Assembly (NCBI GenBank): GCA_951406725.2
Contig: OX597836.1
Coordinates: 32,302,001-32,366,000 of the forward strand
Direction: 5' to 3'
DNA: 64,000 nucleotides
DNA from: Octopus vulgaris
Taxonomy: Eukaryota
Under the pieces are notes generated by a model, which saw nothing but the letters and a program-made list of their open reading frames with translations, was not told where the DNA came from and did not search any database. Positions 1 to 14,539 of this stretch are shown one piece after another; the stretch's first letter is position 1, and each line of letters opens with the position of its first letter. The position numbers were made by a program, and so were the translations under genes.

Positions 1-46
1 TGCTTTTGTCTTTGTCTTTATATAAATTTGAACCATGTATGTATGT

Positions 47-105
<59 letters not shown>

Positions 106-118
106 TGTGTGTGTGTAT

Positions 119-780
119 GAACAGCTATGCTACATGGCAGTGAGACATAGGCTGTGTCTACTGAGGATATGCAATGACTTGAAAGAAATTAAGCCAGTAT
201 GCTTTGCTGGATGGGTAGTGTTAGTGTGCATATACAATAGAGTGTAAGTGATTTGAGAGAAAGATTGAATATATGTAGCATTAGATGTAGTGTGCAAGGG
301 AGAAGGTTGTGCTGGTATGGCCATGTAATGTGTAGAGGGAATATATGGAAGAGGTAGACCCAGGAAGACATGAGACAAAGTGGTAAGAAAGGATATACAG
401 GTGTTGGGACTCACAGAGGGAGTGACTGGGGACCGAAATTCATGGTGGTTTGCTGTGCCCGAAAAGATATGTCAAGCTAAGTAAAAGAGTGGTTTCACTT
501 TCATACAGGCTCGTACCCTGCAACCCTCCCCTGCTGAGCATCCCTAATCTTGTGGGCTCATAGGTGCCGGTACCACATAAAAAGCAACTGTGCCGGTGCT
601 GTGTAAAAGCATTCAGTACACACTCTTATGTGGTTGGCATTAGGAAGGGAATAATCCAACCAGAGAAACCATGCCGAAACAGACAGGGAGCTTGAGCAGC
701 TCTTCAGCCAGTCAGCTCCTGTCAAACCCTCCAACTCATGCCAGCATGGAAAACAGACATTATGTGATGATGATGATGAG
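119..780 (+). mobile_element. Degenerate 3' fragment of the same RTE family
   Basis: 119-480 aligns by eye to 43515-43923 (ACAGCTATGCTACATGGCAGTGAGACA...GAAGAGGTAGACCCAGGAAGACA) with stops and a deletion; 3' UTR ends in (GAT)n. Confidence 0.85.
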
Positions 781-1113
781 GATATATATATTGTTATCAT
801 CCAAACAAGTGGAGCAATAGGAGAAATGCAGTTGAAAATGCACATAGAATGAATTAGAATTAACTAAAATTCAATTATATTCCAAAATATTGGAATATAT
901 TTGACCAGTTTCCGAATAGATTTTCAAAGACATATAAGGTGCTATGTCATGAATTATGTCTATTCTGGACATCGTTGTATATGATTATATATTAATATAG
1001 AGAGCTTTTGATTGTTAGCAGCAAGGTTTTATCTTTAAACGCTACACTTTTATGATTATAACTTATTTTGTACGTATACTAATATATATATATATATGTA
1101 TATATTATGTTTC

Positions 1114-1146
<33 letters not shown>

Positions 1147-1499
1147 GTGTGCAACTTTTAAAGACAGCTGATAACTAGGAAAATAACTTGTAAACATTGG
1201 TTTGGTTCAAGGTATATTTGCTTTGTGAAGAGAATCACTTTAGAATTTGACAAGTAGTAAAGCTGTAAAATTCTTTCATCTGTTTCAAATCATACTAACA
1301 ATGAAGACAAAAACAAACGATATTAAGGGGTTTATCATAAACATCATATAGTATTAATAGAATCTCTTTGACAGCTATTTGAATTGGCTTAAGAAAAATA
1401 TTGCTTTTTATTTTTTTCTTTCTTTTTCTGTTTTCTTTTTCTTTTTCAGTTTCGATATCTTCTCGCTCTGTTGTTACGTTCTCTTTCTCTTTCTCACTT

Positions 1500-1822
1500 T
1501 TATCATCATCATGATCATGATGATGATTATCATCAGCATTGTCATCGTCGTCATCATAGAGGTCATCATCATCATCTCATCATCATCATTGTAGTTATTT
1601 TTATCATCATCTTCATCATCATCATCATCATCATCATCAACATCATTATCATCACCACCGACATCATTATCATCACCACCAACATCATCATCATCGTCAT
1701 CTTCATCATCATCATCATCTTCATCAACATCATTATCATCACCAACAACATCATCATCATCACCATCATCATCATCATAATTGTAGTTATTTTTATCATC
1801 ATCATCATCATTATTATTATTA
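1500..1822. repeat. Compound (ATC)n/(ATT)n microsatellite
   Basis: Directly visible. Similar tracts at 12885-13080, 13550-13935 and 59967-60060. Confidence 0.95.
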
Positions 1823-2295
1823 TTTATTATTTGCATTTTTCTTCTAGGTATTCTTCTTTCTTATGGAAGAATAATCTATTTAAGAACTGTTTAGCCATTC
1901 AAATTCTTGCATTGTGAGAAATTCAACAGATTTCGTTGGCGCTATTAAATCTCAATGAGAAACATTTGTGCAACTCAATGTGTCTGTGTGTGTATGCATG
2001 TGTGTATATGCACATGTATGTGTGTGTGCAGAATGTGCATACGTGTGTGTGTGTATGTGTGTGTGTGTGTGTGCGCACACTTGTTCGGAAGATTCTGCCT
2101 GACAATGAAAAGCCAGAAATTTTTTTTAAAAAAATCAATCATTTAGGCATATCTAATCTGAAATTGTCCATTCTTTTGTCGTCATTGCTTCAAAATTGCT
2201 GACTCGAATGCAAATCTGAATGAACATCCTTCCTTGGGAGAAACCAAATTTTGTTGGACTATTATGTGAGGACAATAGAAGCTGATTCTGAAAAA

Positions 2296-2326
<31 letters not shown>

Positions 2327-3296
2327 TGTGCCTATAGTAAAAAGGATTATTGTTAATATTGTTGTTATTACTATTATTTATACCATCATCGTCATCATCA
2401 TTATCATCATTATAATTTTTGTTGTTATTGCTGTTGTTGTTATCATTACGTTTGACTCTCCTGGTGTGGTGATGTTTTTGCTTCTCCCTTTGAGACACAG
2501 TTTATTCAAGCATTACAAAACAAAATTTTCATTGGAGTACTTGTAAAAAGAATGCTATAATTTCCTAAGGGAGGGGGCCAGCCCTTCAACACCTAGGAGT
2601 AGACATCAGGACAAAAAGAAGTTTGTTTCAGAAAACTTTTGAAATTATATTTACACGCATGAATTTCTACATCTATAATGGCTGCTGTACATGACAAAAC
2701 TACAATAACTATAAAAAGGAACAACACAAAACCAAGTGACACAACTAAATGTACAAAAGAAAGAAGAAAATGAACAATACAGTGAGCAATTAACAGGTGA
2801 TTTTTCACAAATAAATAATTTGGAAGAGAGCAACAGTAAAAAGCTTTCTACTATGGGGCACAAGGCCTGAATTATTTGAGGGAAGAGGGTAAGTTCATTA
2901 TAGTGACTCCAGTGCTTGACTGGACTGGTACTTATTTTATCAATCCCAAAAGGATGAGAGGTAAAGCCCGGTTTTTTTTTGCTTTTTTTTTTACATTGGA
3001 GAACTTGTAAAAGGAAAACTATAATTTCCTAAGGGAGGAGGCCAGCCTTTCAACACCCAAGAGTAAACGAAAAAAAAAAAAAATAAATAAAATGAAAGGC
3101 AAAGTTGACCTTGGTGGAATTTCTACTCAGGACATAAAGATGCATGAAATGCCACTAAGCATTTTGTCCAGTGTGCTAACAATTCTGTGAGCCTTTAAGT
3201 GACAGATAATAGCGAAAATAATAATAGTTACAATTTTCGGTGCAAGGCCAGTAGTTTTGGGGGAAGGGCTTACTCGATTAAATCAACTGGTACTTA

Positions 3297-3658
3297 CCGT
3301 ATTTTAATTTGTATTAGGAGCCCTTTTTTGTCAAAAATTAGGTTTAAAAAATATGGGAGTTTCATATACATGGATAGTATTATAATGTTAATCCAAACAT
3401 GAAAACACAAAGAGAAAGCACAACAATGCGAGGACGTGGAACAAGTATAGTATTATTGGACGCTCAGGAAAGAAGGAGGGTTTAACGTTTTGAGCAGAGC
3501 TCTTCGTCAGAAACATAGGAAAAGGAAAGATCCAAAGAAGGGAAGACGGAGGAAAAAAAATTGCTAACGGTACACATGCAGTCAATTCCTTACAAAACCT
3601 TTTTTCAAAATTTTAAACCCCAAAAATTAGGGAGTTCCTTACACATGTTAAAATATGG
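3297..3658. mobile_element. Tc1/mariner-type MITE (CCGTATTTT ends), TA TSD, nested in a SINE
   Basis: CCGTATTTTAA...TTAAAATATGG with TA on both sides. Removing it rejoins the SINE sequence ACTGGTACTTA|TTTTATCAACCCTGAAAGG. Confidence 0.75.
3387..3584 (-). mobile_element. ~200-bp PLE-LTR-like repeat with hammerhead-like motif
   Basis: Reverse complement matches 33232-33435. Contains GTTT-CTGACGA-AGAGCTCTGCTC-AAAACGTT-AAAC. Confidence 0.6.
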
Positions 3659-4074
3659 TATTTTATCAACCCTGAAAGGATGAAAGACAAACTCAACCTT
3701 GGCAGGATTTGAACTAGGAACATAAAGACGGACAAAATGCTACTAAACTGTTTGCCTGGCATACCAATGATTCTGAAAGCTCACCACCTTAATAACAGCA
3801 ATACTAATGGTTTGACATTTTGACATAAGCTAGCAATTTTGGGAGAAGGAAGTCATTGTTCAACTACTATTTATTTTATATATTCTGAAAGTATGAAAGA
3901 CAAAGTCAACCTCAGTGGAATTTGAACTCAGAATGTAAAGATGGATGAAATGCTACTAAGCGTTTTGCCTGGTGTGCTAATGATTCGGCCAGCTCACCAC
4001 CTTAACAACAACAATAATAACAAATCTTACACAATTCCAGATACTGTTATTTGCTTTATATGCACTGGCAAACC

Positions 4075-4370
4075 ATTGGTTATGTTGATGAGCATTCCAG
4101 TTGATCCGATCAATGGAACAGCCTGCTCATGAAATTAACGTGCATTAGGGGTGGGCATTCTTAACGTAGTTCACAGGGAGATTCAGCATGACACAGAATG
4201 GGACAAGGATGGCCCTTTGAAATACGAGTACTGCTCATTTTTCCCAGCTGAGTGGACTGGAGCAACATGAAATAAAGTGTCTTGCTCAAGGACACAAAGT
4301 ACCACTGGGTATCGAACTCACGACTTTATGCTTATGAGCTGAGTACTCCAACCACTAAGCTACGTGCCTT
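4075..4370 (-). mobile_element. tRNA/CORE-like SINE family C
   Basis: Minus strand: GTAGCTTAGTGG (A box), GAGTTCGATACCC (B box), TGTGTCCTTGAGCAAGACACTT (CORE-like). Partial copies: ~6140-6340, 6936-7055, 11460-11690. Confidence 0.8.
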
Positions 4371-5726
4371 ATATAGCAGCCATTATGATAGGATTTTTGG
4401 ATCTATTACAGCTTCAAGAAAACAAAAGCAAAAAAAAAACAGAAATACAGGCCACAAGTTTTTTTGATTGTAGGAGATAATCAAGAGTTGGAAAGGTATT
4501 GTAATTGATGTGGTAATGGTGAGATTGGAGCTTGACTAATTCTTCATTGTGAAATATATAGGCTGCATCAGAGCTAAGGCATGTGATCTATGATATGAAG
4601 GAGTAAAAGCTGCTCAATGGGCCTAAGTGTCAGAGGCACAACGTAACAACAAAGCTGCAAATTGATCTTTGTTGGACCATGATGCATACATGTGTTTTGA
4701 TCCAAAGTAAATGCTGTACATTGCTCGACAATTGAGGATTACTTGCAGGCTGGATCATGGGATGGACTTCGATGCCTTTTTTGATAACCTGTCAAGGAAG
4801 GTTGCTAGAAATAGAAGCCAAATGTCCCCTTAACTCACTCTTTTGAAAAGAAAATGCATTGGATAATATAACTCTAGACATACTTTTCAAATGACATAAT
4901 GGTCATTGCTGTAAAACCTTTGGTCATATATCAGCACAATCAGAGCTAACTTCTGGCCAAGCAGCAGCAACCAATAGCAATCTGATTTTGCTTTAGTAAA
5001 TCCACTTATGGCACCTTTATAAATGTTTGAAAGCCATATTTAATTTCAGAGAAATGCCTCTCTGTTGTTCAGTTAATAATTATTAATTGGAATGCATTTC
5101 AAACTCTAATGAGGAACAACTATTCTTTCAGAATTTCAAAGGCCTGCCATACATTTCTTCAGTATTCCCAGAAGTTAACATCTCACTCTTTCTTTCTCTT
5201 TATCTTTCTCCCTCTCTCTCTTGCTCTCTCTTTCTCTCTCTCTCTATTTCTATTTCTCTCACTGTCTCTCTCAGCCCCCCATTGCTTTAACATACAACTG
5301 GACACTTTCAGTTTTTCATTTGACTCGATGGTGCATTGGCATTTGGAAATCATTCCATTCAATTCAATGGGGTGAGAGGTGAGGTTCCTAAAGCTATTTA
5401 TCAAAGCACTATTAATTCTTCATGGATGATTAAGAGAGCACATGATGCTTTCTATCCATTAAAAAGCTCAAGATGGATCCTTCGCTGTCTTCTAAACATA
5501 TTTATAAATTCCTATGAACCAGTATTAATTGGCAGGAAATCATGGTAAGAGAAATACTTGCAAAGATATTCTGTTAGTATTTTTCCTTTCTGAATTTCCA
5601 ACAAGAGAGCCTTGTTGGAACCATTTTTTAACGAATGAGTCTTTATGTAAATAAGCATTTGATGTTTTAAGAATATTTTAATAATTGAATATTATTAGGA
5701 ATTGTATTAAAAATGATACATAAAAT

Positions 5727-6117
5727 AGGTGCAGGAGTGGCTGTGTGGTAAGTAGCTTGCTTACCAACCACATGGTTCCGGGCTCAGTCCCACTGTGTGA
5801 CACCATGGGTGAATGTCCTCTACTATAGACTCGGACCAGCCAAAGCCTTGTGAGTGAATTTGTTAGATAGAAACTGAAAGAAGCCCGTTGTATATATATA
5901 TGTGTGTGTGTGTGTGTTTGTCCCTCCACCATCGCTTGACAATTGATGCTGGTGTGTTTACGTCCCCATAACATTAGTGGTTCAGCAAAAGAGACTGATA
6001 GAATAAGTACAAGGCTTACAAAGAATGAATCCTGGGGTAGATTTGTTCAACTGTAGGCAGTGCTCCAGCATGGCCATGGTCAAATGACTGAAACAAATTA
6101 AAGAGTAAAGGAGTAAA
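5727..6117 (+). mobile_element. SINE family A
   Basis: Same head, body and tail as 52255-52668. Confidence 0.9.
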
Positions 6118-6527
6118 CATGCGTATATGTCAAACTGAAAATAGCACTCCGTCAGTTATGATGACTAGGGTTCCTGTTGATCTGATCAATGGAACAGCCT
6201 GCTTGTGAAATTAACGTGAAAGTTGCTGAGCACTCCACAGACATGCATATTCTTCATGTAGTTCTCAGAGGGATTCAGTGTGACACAGAATGTGACATGA
6301 CTGGCTCTTTGATATACTGGTACTACCCATTTTTACCAGAGCTATAATAGGAGACATTTGTTCAAGGTGCTGCCAGCTCAGCACCTTAACAACAGCAATA
6401 ATTACACCTCTTACACAATTCCAAATACTGTAATTTGCTTATATGCCCTGGCAAACCATTGGCTATGTTGACGAATGTTCTAGTTAATCCGATCAATAGA
6501 ACAACTTGCTTGTGGAATTAACATTAT

Positions 6528-6933
6528 AGGTGCAGGAGTGGCTGTGTGGTAAGTAGCTTGCTTACCAACCACATGGTGCTGGGTTCATTCCCACTGCATG
6601 GCACCCTGGGTAAGTGTCTTCTACTATAGCCCCAGACCGACCAAATCTTGTGAGTGGATTTGGTAGACGGAAACTGAAAGAAGCCTGTCGTATATATGTA
6701 TATATATATAAGTGTGTGTGCATATGTTTGTGTGTCTGTGTTTGTCTCCTTAACATTGCTTGACAACCGATGCTGATGTGTTTACGTCCCTGTAACTTAG
6801 TGGTTTGGCAAAAGAGACCGATAGAATAAGTACTAGGCTTCCAAAGAATAAGTCCTGGGGTCGATTTGCTCGACTAAAGATGGTGCTCCAGCATGGCCAC
6901 CGTCAAATGACTGAAACAAGTAAAAGTAAAAGT
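6528..6933 (+). mobile_element. SINE family A, inserted in a family C SINE
   Basis: Same consensus; family C sequence continues on both sides. Confidence 0.9.
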
Positions 6934-7599
6934 ATGGAAGCAGCTGAGCAATTCACAGACATGGTTATTCTTAATGTAGTTCTTGGGGCATTTCAATGTG
7001 ACACAGAAGTGATAAGACTGGCCCTATGAATTTCAGGTACAACTCATTTTTGCCAGAGCTATAGTAGGCAACATTCGCTCAAGGTGCTGCACATTAGAAC
7101 TGAACCTCAAAACACATGGTTGAAAATGAAAATCAAGTCTCTTAACCACACAGCCATGCCTGCACTTCCACAGTTTTCTCTAAAAAAATTTTCTATTAAC
7201 ATTCTCCCATAAGTTTGATCTTCACTCTATGGAATATGAAAGATACTCTCTATAACATTTCATTTTAAAAGCCATTATTTTTTTTTCTCTCATTTTCAAC
7301 ATCTAAGCTCCATAATTCACACCCATAAAGTGCAGTTGAAATAACTGTTGCGAAAATTCTTTAAAAAGAAAAAAGAATTTTTACTGTTATTGAAATTCTT
7401 TTTAATGTTCTAATCAATTGCATTTTGGTGAAACCAATGTAGCTATTGCAATTCAGCATTTTGTTCCCTTCTTTAACCTCCCATCTTTCATCATTATTTG
7501 TTCTTCTCAAATATTTAAATTCATAAACATATTTGTGAATTCTCCCTATTATTTTCAATAGGAGCAACTATTTTTTTTGTGACTTGTTCTCATTATTTT

Positions 7600-7852
7600 G
7601 CCTTTTATTTTCAAACCCATCTTTTCATTCTGTATTTGCATGCTGCAATATCAAGACACATTGTTTAGTTTTTGTTCAAGTTCCTCATTGTTTTACCAAA
7701 TCAATATCAGCAGCAAAAGAGAATCTGACTTCTCTATCTCCTACATCAGCATTTGGTTCAGAAGACTTAAGTGCTTCTATCAGTATGTGTCCTAAAAACA
7801 CACTGAAAAGGCTGGGTGAAAGAACACCTTCCTGCCTTATGACAACTGTTTA
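7600..7852 (-). pseudogene. Old RTE-type RT fragment
   Basis: TVVIRQEGVLSPSLFSVFLGHILIEAL...VGDREVRFSFAADIDL, a decayed form of GVRQGC.LSP.LF...FADD. Confidence 0.65.
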
Positions 7853-8744
7853 CACCAGTAACTTGGTGAACTTCCAACCAAAGGCAGATACGTTGTTGTG
7901 TTCAGTTAATGGTATTATTAGGTTTACTGTTATGTTTACTTATAAGCTGCATCACACACACACAAACACACACATACACACACATACAAACACAATATAT
8001 ATGTGTGTGTGTGTGTGCAAGGTGGAGGGCTGGCAGAATTGTTAGCATGCTGGGCAAAATGCTTAGTGGCATTTCGTCCATGAGTTCAAATTCCGCTGAG
8101 GTTGACTTTGCCTTTCATCACCTCAAGGTCAATAAAATAAGTATCAGTTGAGTACTGGGGTCGAAGAATTGACTTAACCCTTCCCCCGAAATTACTGGTC
8201 ACATTCCAAAATTTGAAACCAGTATATATGTATGTGTGTGTTTGTGTGTGTATGTTTGTGTGTGACTGATTGCTCCATCTTCACAGATGATTGTCATCTT
8301 GTGCTTCCTCATTATCAATGGCATTTCTGACTTTCTATCCATGACCTCTCAGAAGACTATTCAGTCCCATTGTAGATTTGCATGGTTTGGAAAAGCATTG
8401 GTGATGGATGAAAGTGACTTAATATGCACTTCCAACTGGTTAGGCCTGCACATGCGGCCACTCTTTCATCACCATAGGACATTCAGTAGACGGAATGACA
8501 AATGAGGTCATCATAAAAAGACATGAGTACAATGTGAGTACCACTCACTGAGTCTCTGTGATATTTGTTCATCAAGAAAGATGGATAAAAACCACACAAA
8601 TAAAACGAATAAGATTATGCATGAAACAAAAAAGACACATAGAAACAAACAATGCACAAAGCTCTGGGGAGTATCTCCTAATTGTCATTAAATACATTAA
8701 TAAGACATCTTTTCCTAACAGAATTTGTTTTTCTTTAAAAAATA

Positions 8745-9575
8745 TAGAGATTTCTTTGGCAACAAATGACTGAGATTGAGACCATTGGCAATATACCGTG
8801 CTTGAGAAGATCTGTCAAGCCTAGTGAGATCGTAGATGTGGCCAATGACAGTATCTTGTAACTGGCACCCATGCCGGTGGTGCATGTACCGTAAATCCTT
8901 GAGTATAGTCTGCTCTTAAGTATAATACTCAGGGAATTTTTTAGGGGGCTGTACCTCTGTAAAACTTAAACCTTGTGTATAATATGCACCCCTTCTCTAA
9001 CTTGAGTTGTATGTAATTAAGCCAGCAGCACCTAGTCGAACAAACACTTCCACACAATAATGGTGATGTTCTTAACTGTTATATGGGAATATAAATATGT
9101 TTGCAAATTGTTTTTGTTACATGTTATTCTGTGTTCGGAATACTTTTATTTTAATAAATGTTGCTTACTGCAAGTTATGGATGATCCCTTTATGACTTCA
9201 TTGCTTTCAGGCTTAGCTTAAGGTATTTTCGTGCCTGACATCACAAAATGTGCCTGAATAAGCATTGTCGGACAGCAAATAGAGACTCGGACATAGCTTA
9301 GAAAATATTTTTCATTTTTAACCTCGTATATAATACGCACTAGGGATTTTCACCTTTAAATTTTGGGAAAAAAATGCGTATTATACTCGAGGATTTATGG
9401 TAAAGCACCTGTTACACTCCAAGAATATTTGGAATTAGGAAGGACATCAAGCTGTAGAAACCATGCCAAGTCATGTTGGAACCTGGTGCAGCTCCACACC
9501 TTACCAGTTTCCAATCGAACCATCCAATCCAATGCCAGAATGGAAAGCACATTAAATAACGATGATGATGATGAT
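8745..9575 (+). mobile_element. RTE 3' fragment interrupted by a MITE
   Basis: TGCTTGAGAAGATCTGTCAAG...ATGCCGGTGGTGCATGTA [MITE] TAAAGCACC...TTAGGAAGGACATCAAGCTGTAGAAAC...(GAT)n. Confidence 0.75.
8889..9400. mobile_element. Tc1/mariner-superfamily (Tc2/pogo-like) MITE, TA TSD
   Basis: TIRs CCGTAAATCCTTGAGTATA / TATACTCGAGGATTTATGG, flanked by TA at 8887-8888 and 9401-9402. No ORF. Confidence 0.85.
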
Positions 9576-12500
9576 TCATTTATCAAGAAAGTTAGATAAA
9601 AGCCACACAAATAAAACAAATAAGAAATGATTTGGACCATGACAACTCATCTAACCCATGCCAGCATGGAAAGAGAATGAAGGATGATGATGATGATGAT
9701 AAGGAGGATAGTATTGATCATAATGATACTAATGATGATGATTATGACAATCATCTTCAATTGTTGGTGTTTATGTTTAATATTTCTACAATTTGCGGAC
9801 AAATATTTTGTTTGTCTGGCTTTGTGCATTGTTTGTTTCTCTGTGTCTTCCTTGTTTCATGCATAATCTTATTCGTTTTATTTGTGTGGTTTTTATCTAT
9901 CTTTCTTGATAAACAAATATCTATATTTTTTTAAGAACAACGAATTCTGTTTGGAGAAGAAGATGTTTTATTTATGTATTAATTTTTATCTCTTAATGAC
10001 AATTTCAGTTGCTATAATTGGAACAATTTAATTTCGTTTAGTTGAGACAAATGTCTGAAAGAAAACAGAAAGCGTACACACATTCACACGCATGCACACA
10101 CACACACGCGTGTGCATTTTACACATACATACAATTCACACACACACACACATGTTCACACATACACACAAATATTCACACACACTCTAAATATTCACAC
10201 ACATTCACACATTCACACACATTCACACACACTTTCACACATTCACACATGCACACATTCACACACATACATTCACACTCATGCACACACACACAGACAT
10301 TCACACACACACAAACACCATACAACGCAAAACAAAACAAAACTAATCTCATTAAACTTCAAGTTTATTTACTTCATTTTTAATTTCTGTCAAAGATGAT
10401 AAAAAAAACCCCAGAAAACAACACCCTAAAAACAACAACAAAAAATGTTCATTAAAAAAATTACTCTCTTCCCTATTTATACAATCCAAATTACAATAAA
10501 ATTATAATGTAAGAATTTACCAATCAGTTTTGCATTCTTGATTTGGCACATCAACATTTTCTCTTCTTTTTTTTTTGTTTCACTTTAGTTCTTTGGTTCT
10601 CTCACGCAGGGAAAAAAACAATCTATTTTTCTTTGGTAGTGAATCTAATTGACGTGTATTTTTGTTTTAATTTTTTTGTCAGTGTTAATATTTCTTGTCT
10701 AATTCATTTAGATAACTTGTATAAATCAGTTTCCTTTCAAAATGTTAAGAAAAGAAATCATTATTTAGTTCCAGAACGATCTAAAATAATCATTATTTTT
10801 ATAATCGACAACAACATAATTTTCTCGAGAATATAAACATACAAAGGAAAATATATGTTTACCAAGGAACAAGTCTCTGTTCAGAGGTTTCTTAAAGATG
10901 TTTGGTGTAGCAATCAGGGGCATATATTCTGGGTGTGCTAGGTGTGCCTGCACACACAACCTAAAAATGGCAAATGCATTATAAATATTAATCTTACTCG
11001 TTAATTTAATCACAAATCTTAATGGAAAACTTTTGTTATACCCCTGCTTGAAATTTGGTATTGGGTGTGCTGCCACATCCAATACAACAACCACCATACA
11101 CCACAGGTAGGAATCGTAGCAGCCAGTACTGTCTTAAGGCATGGCCACACTGGGCATTTGTCCAGGGGCCCAGTTCTGATATGGTTGGGAGCCTCATGGA
11201 TCTAGGGACCCAATTCTGATCTGTGCATGTTGTGATTTGCTGTCAATAAATAAATATTACAGGGCTTTGTACATTTATTTGCCTGGGGACCTTTTGGGTC
11301 AAAGGAGCCCTCTTCTGATCCATGCATTTTATGACTATGAATAAATACTATAGGGCCCAGCACATTGATTTGTTCGGGATCCCCTTGGATTTAGGTGCCC
11401 AGTTCTGCTTTGGGCATGGTTCAAAAAGGAAACAAAACAATATATATATATATGTTAGACTCTCGCATCAAAGATGATGTGCGAGTGTTCATGCTGCTGC
11501 ACGTTGGCTCACACTCTTCATCAAATTGATGTTGTCTCATCAGGTGCATGATGTACCAAATGTCAGGGGTCAATGTGAGAGCAGAGCAAAGTGAGATGAA
11601 GTGTTTTGCTTGAGAACACAATGTACCACCCAGTCTAAGAACTGAAATCATGATCTGGCGATCATGTGTATAACACCCTAACCACTAAGCCATATATTCT
11701 GTTAATGTTTGTTTTTATGTTCAGTTATAATAATAGTTATTTTGCACTAACCTGAAGGTTTACTCTATACTTTTGTAGAGTACAAATTTATTGTTCTCAT
11801 ACAAGAATATTATTGACAGTGACTTCAAAGTTTCAGCCAGGTAAGCCACCGTTGGACTGCGATGCATTGAAGTTAATTCTTGACTTTGTATAGTTTCTGT
11901 TTAGTTAAAATCTTCCTTCGGTAATTAAGATGTAGGTTGGGTTGTGGTAGAGAGGTGTTTCGGAGAAATTTTTATTGATTTAATATGGGGTTACATTATT
12001 GTTTAGAATCTACTCAGACATAATAAAGAATGGAGAATTATGCATCTTTAATTAAAATATTCCAATATTTTAATTAACGATGCTTAATTTTCCTTTATTA
12101 TGACTTTCTAATATATTCTGGAATTTTATGTGAAATCCTTCAAAGAGAAGACATGATTTAACAGTCAAATGGAACTAAAATGGTAATTGTTTCTTCAACG
12201 TGATTCCTAGCTTTTCTAACTGTTTCATATCATTAACCAAGTTCAGATTATAACAGCGTGCTCATAAGATATTTGCCTGTATTTTATAAAACCCTATATT
12301 CCTTTGTACATGTGTGTGTCTGTGAGTGAGTGCGAGAGTGTGTGTGCATGCATTTGTGTGTAAATTTTGCTCTGAAAAACTCGACTTGTATGCTGGAAAA
12401 TATGATATTCAGATTGTGATGTTATGACCACCCATGCCAACTTAGAAAACAGATATGTAAAAGAAACAAAAAAAAATGATGATGTATCTAAATTTGTGAA

Positions 12501-14169
12501 TATAGCTGTTATGTCTACAGGCTTAAATCTAATCTTTTGGTGTGTATACAAATGTATATCAAATCTTCTAACACGGAACCCCCTATAAACTGGAATGAAT
12601 TAACAAAAGTGATTTTGTTTTCTGTGTAGAAAAACAGCCAGCCATTATAAGAATTGATACATTGTTATACTGGAAGATCAATAAACTGTAAATGGTTTTC
12701 CTGCATGCAGAGAATATGGTCCCATTAAGTTATATTATGTGCTCATGTTTACATGTTCATCAACCGGCAGTAAAACCCTCTGGAAACATAGCTTAACAAG
12801 GAACTTAAATACAGTCGCTCAATCTGCTGGCTATATAACAGCCAAATCTCCCTCAAAATCACAGCTTACCATCTCATAAAGAAATCATCATCTTCATTGC
12901 CACCACCATCATCATCATCACGCCTTACCAGCTCATAAAGAAATCATTATCATCATCACCACCACCACTTCCATCATCACCACAAACACCATGACCACCT
13001 TCATCATCATCACCATCATCACCGCCACCATGACTACAACCACCTTCATCATTATCATCATCATCACCACGACCACCACCACCTGGGGTGCATGGCTTAG
13101 TGATTAGTGTGTTGCACTTGTGATCATAAGATTGTGGTTTCAATTCTTGGACTGGAAAAAATTACCAGGTTCAGTTTGTTCAACTGAAACTCTTCAGTGT
13201 CATGCCCCAGCATGACCACATTCAAATGACTGCAAAAAAACTGAAAAATAGAAAATAAAAGGTGAAAGATTATTATGCCAACACATAGGATATAGAATAT
13301 ATATAATGTTTCTCAGTTCTTCACTGAGGAAAGCAGAGAGGAGGGCATTCAGAGTAGTGTGCCTATATGCTTATGCGGACACACACAATGCTCTGATTTA
13401 TCTTTGTTGCACATTTTCAAATGAACTCTGCTCTTGATGTTGGGGGAGGTTTAGCACTTAGGAGGGGAAACAAAAACAAGGAAACAAACAAACATACAAA
13501 AGCATGTTTTCCATTGTAAGTAAAAGGTGATTGTCTTCTTTAACATTGCTGACACTGACATCACTATCATCACCATCACCATCAGCACTTTTACCATCGA
13601 CACCGTCAAAGCCACCACCATTATCGTCTTCATCACTGTCATCGTTGTCACCATCATAATTATCATCATCACCATCGTTGTTGTCATTATCAACACCATC
13701 ATCATCACCTTTAGCACTTTTACCATTGACACCATCACAACCACCACCAATATCATCTTCGTCATCATCATCGTCACCGTCATTGTCATCATAATTATCA
13801 TCATCACCATCAGTGTCGTCGTCACCGTCATTATCAACATCATCATCAACATCATTGTCATCATCGTCGTTGTTGTCGTCGTCACCATTGTTATCATCAT
13901 CATCATCATCATCACCATCGTCATCAACAGCATCACCTCATTACCTTCAGCACCAATTCAACTGTGGGCTTCATGAATGGAGAATCACAAGTTAATTATC
14001 TTCACTGTGTTGGTTGTTTCCACAATTCAATTTCTTTCAATTGCCACCTTGCTACATTTACTCTCTCTCTCTCTTTCTTCGCCCACCACCTTCCATTCCA
14101 CTCCACTCTCCCCTCCCAATCTTGTTCTTTCTAAACCTGTTATTCTTTCTTGTTTACATTTTCTAATCT

Positions 14170-14493
14170 GTTTATATACATACATGTAAACAAATAGGCA
14201 TATACACATATACACATGCATATATATATATATATTCTACACACACATATATATATACGTACATATGTATGTGTGTATGTATGTATACATATACATGCAT
14301 ATGTGTGTGTATATATTTATGTGTATGTGGATTATTTATATATATATATATATATATATGTAGATAGATACCTACATGCACACACACACACACACATATG
14401 TATATACATACACACATACATATATATACATATATGTATACATTTATATATATACACACACACACATATATATAATGTGTGTGTGTATATGTA

Positions 14494-14539
<46 letters not shown>

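Noticed and set aside
1379-1917. Poly-His/Ile/Asp/Met ORFs (also 13451-13995 and 59810-60120)
   Set aside because: (ATC)n microsatellite translations.
5727-5800. tRNA genes at SINE heads
   Set aside because: A/B boxes are present, but they run into SINE bodies and I could not build a convincing cloverleaf.
10915-11420. GC-richer segment with GGGCCC-type subrepeats, possible DNA-transposon ends
   Set aside because: Too degenerate to define TIRs or a TSD; left unclassified.
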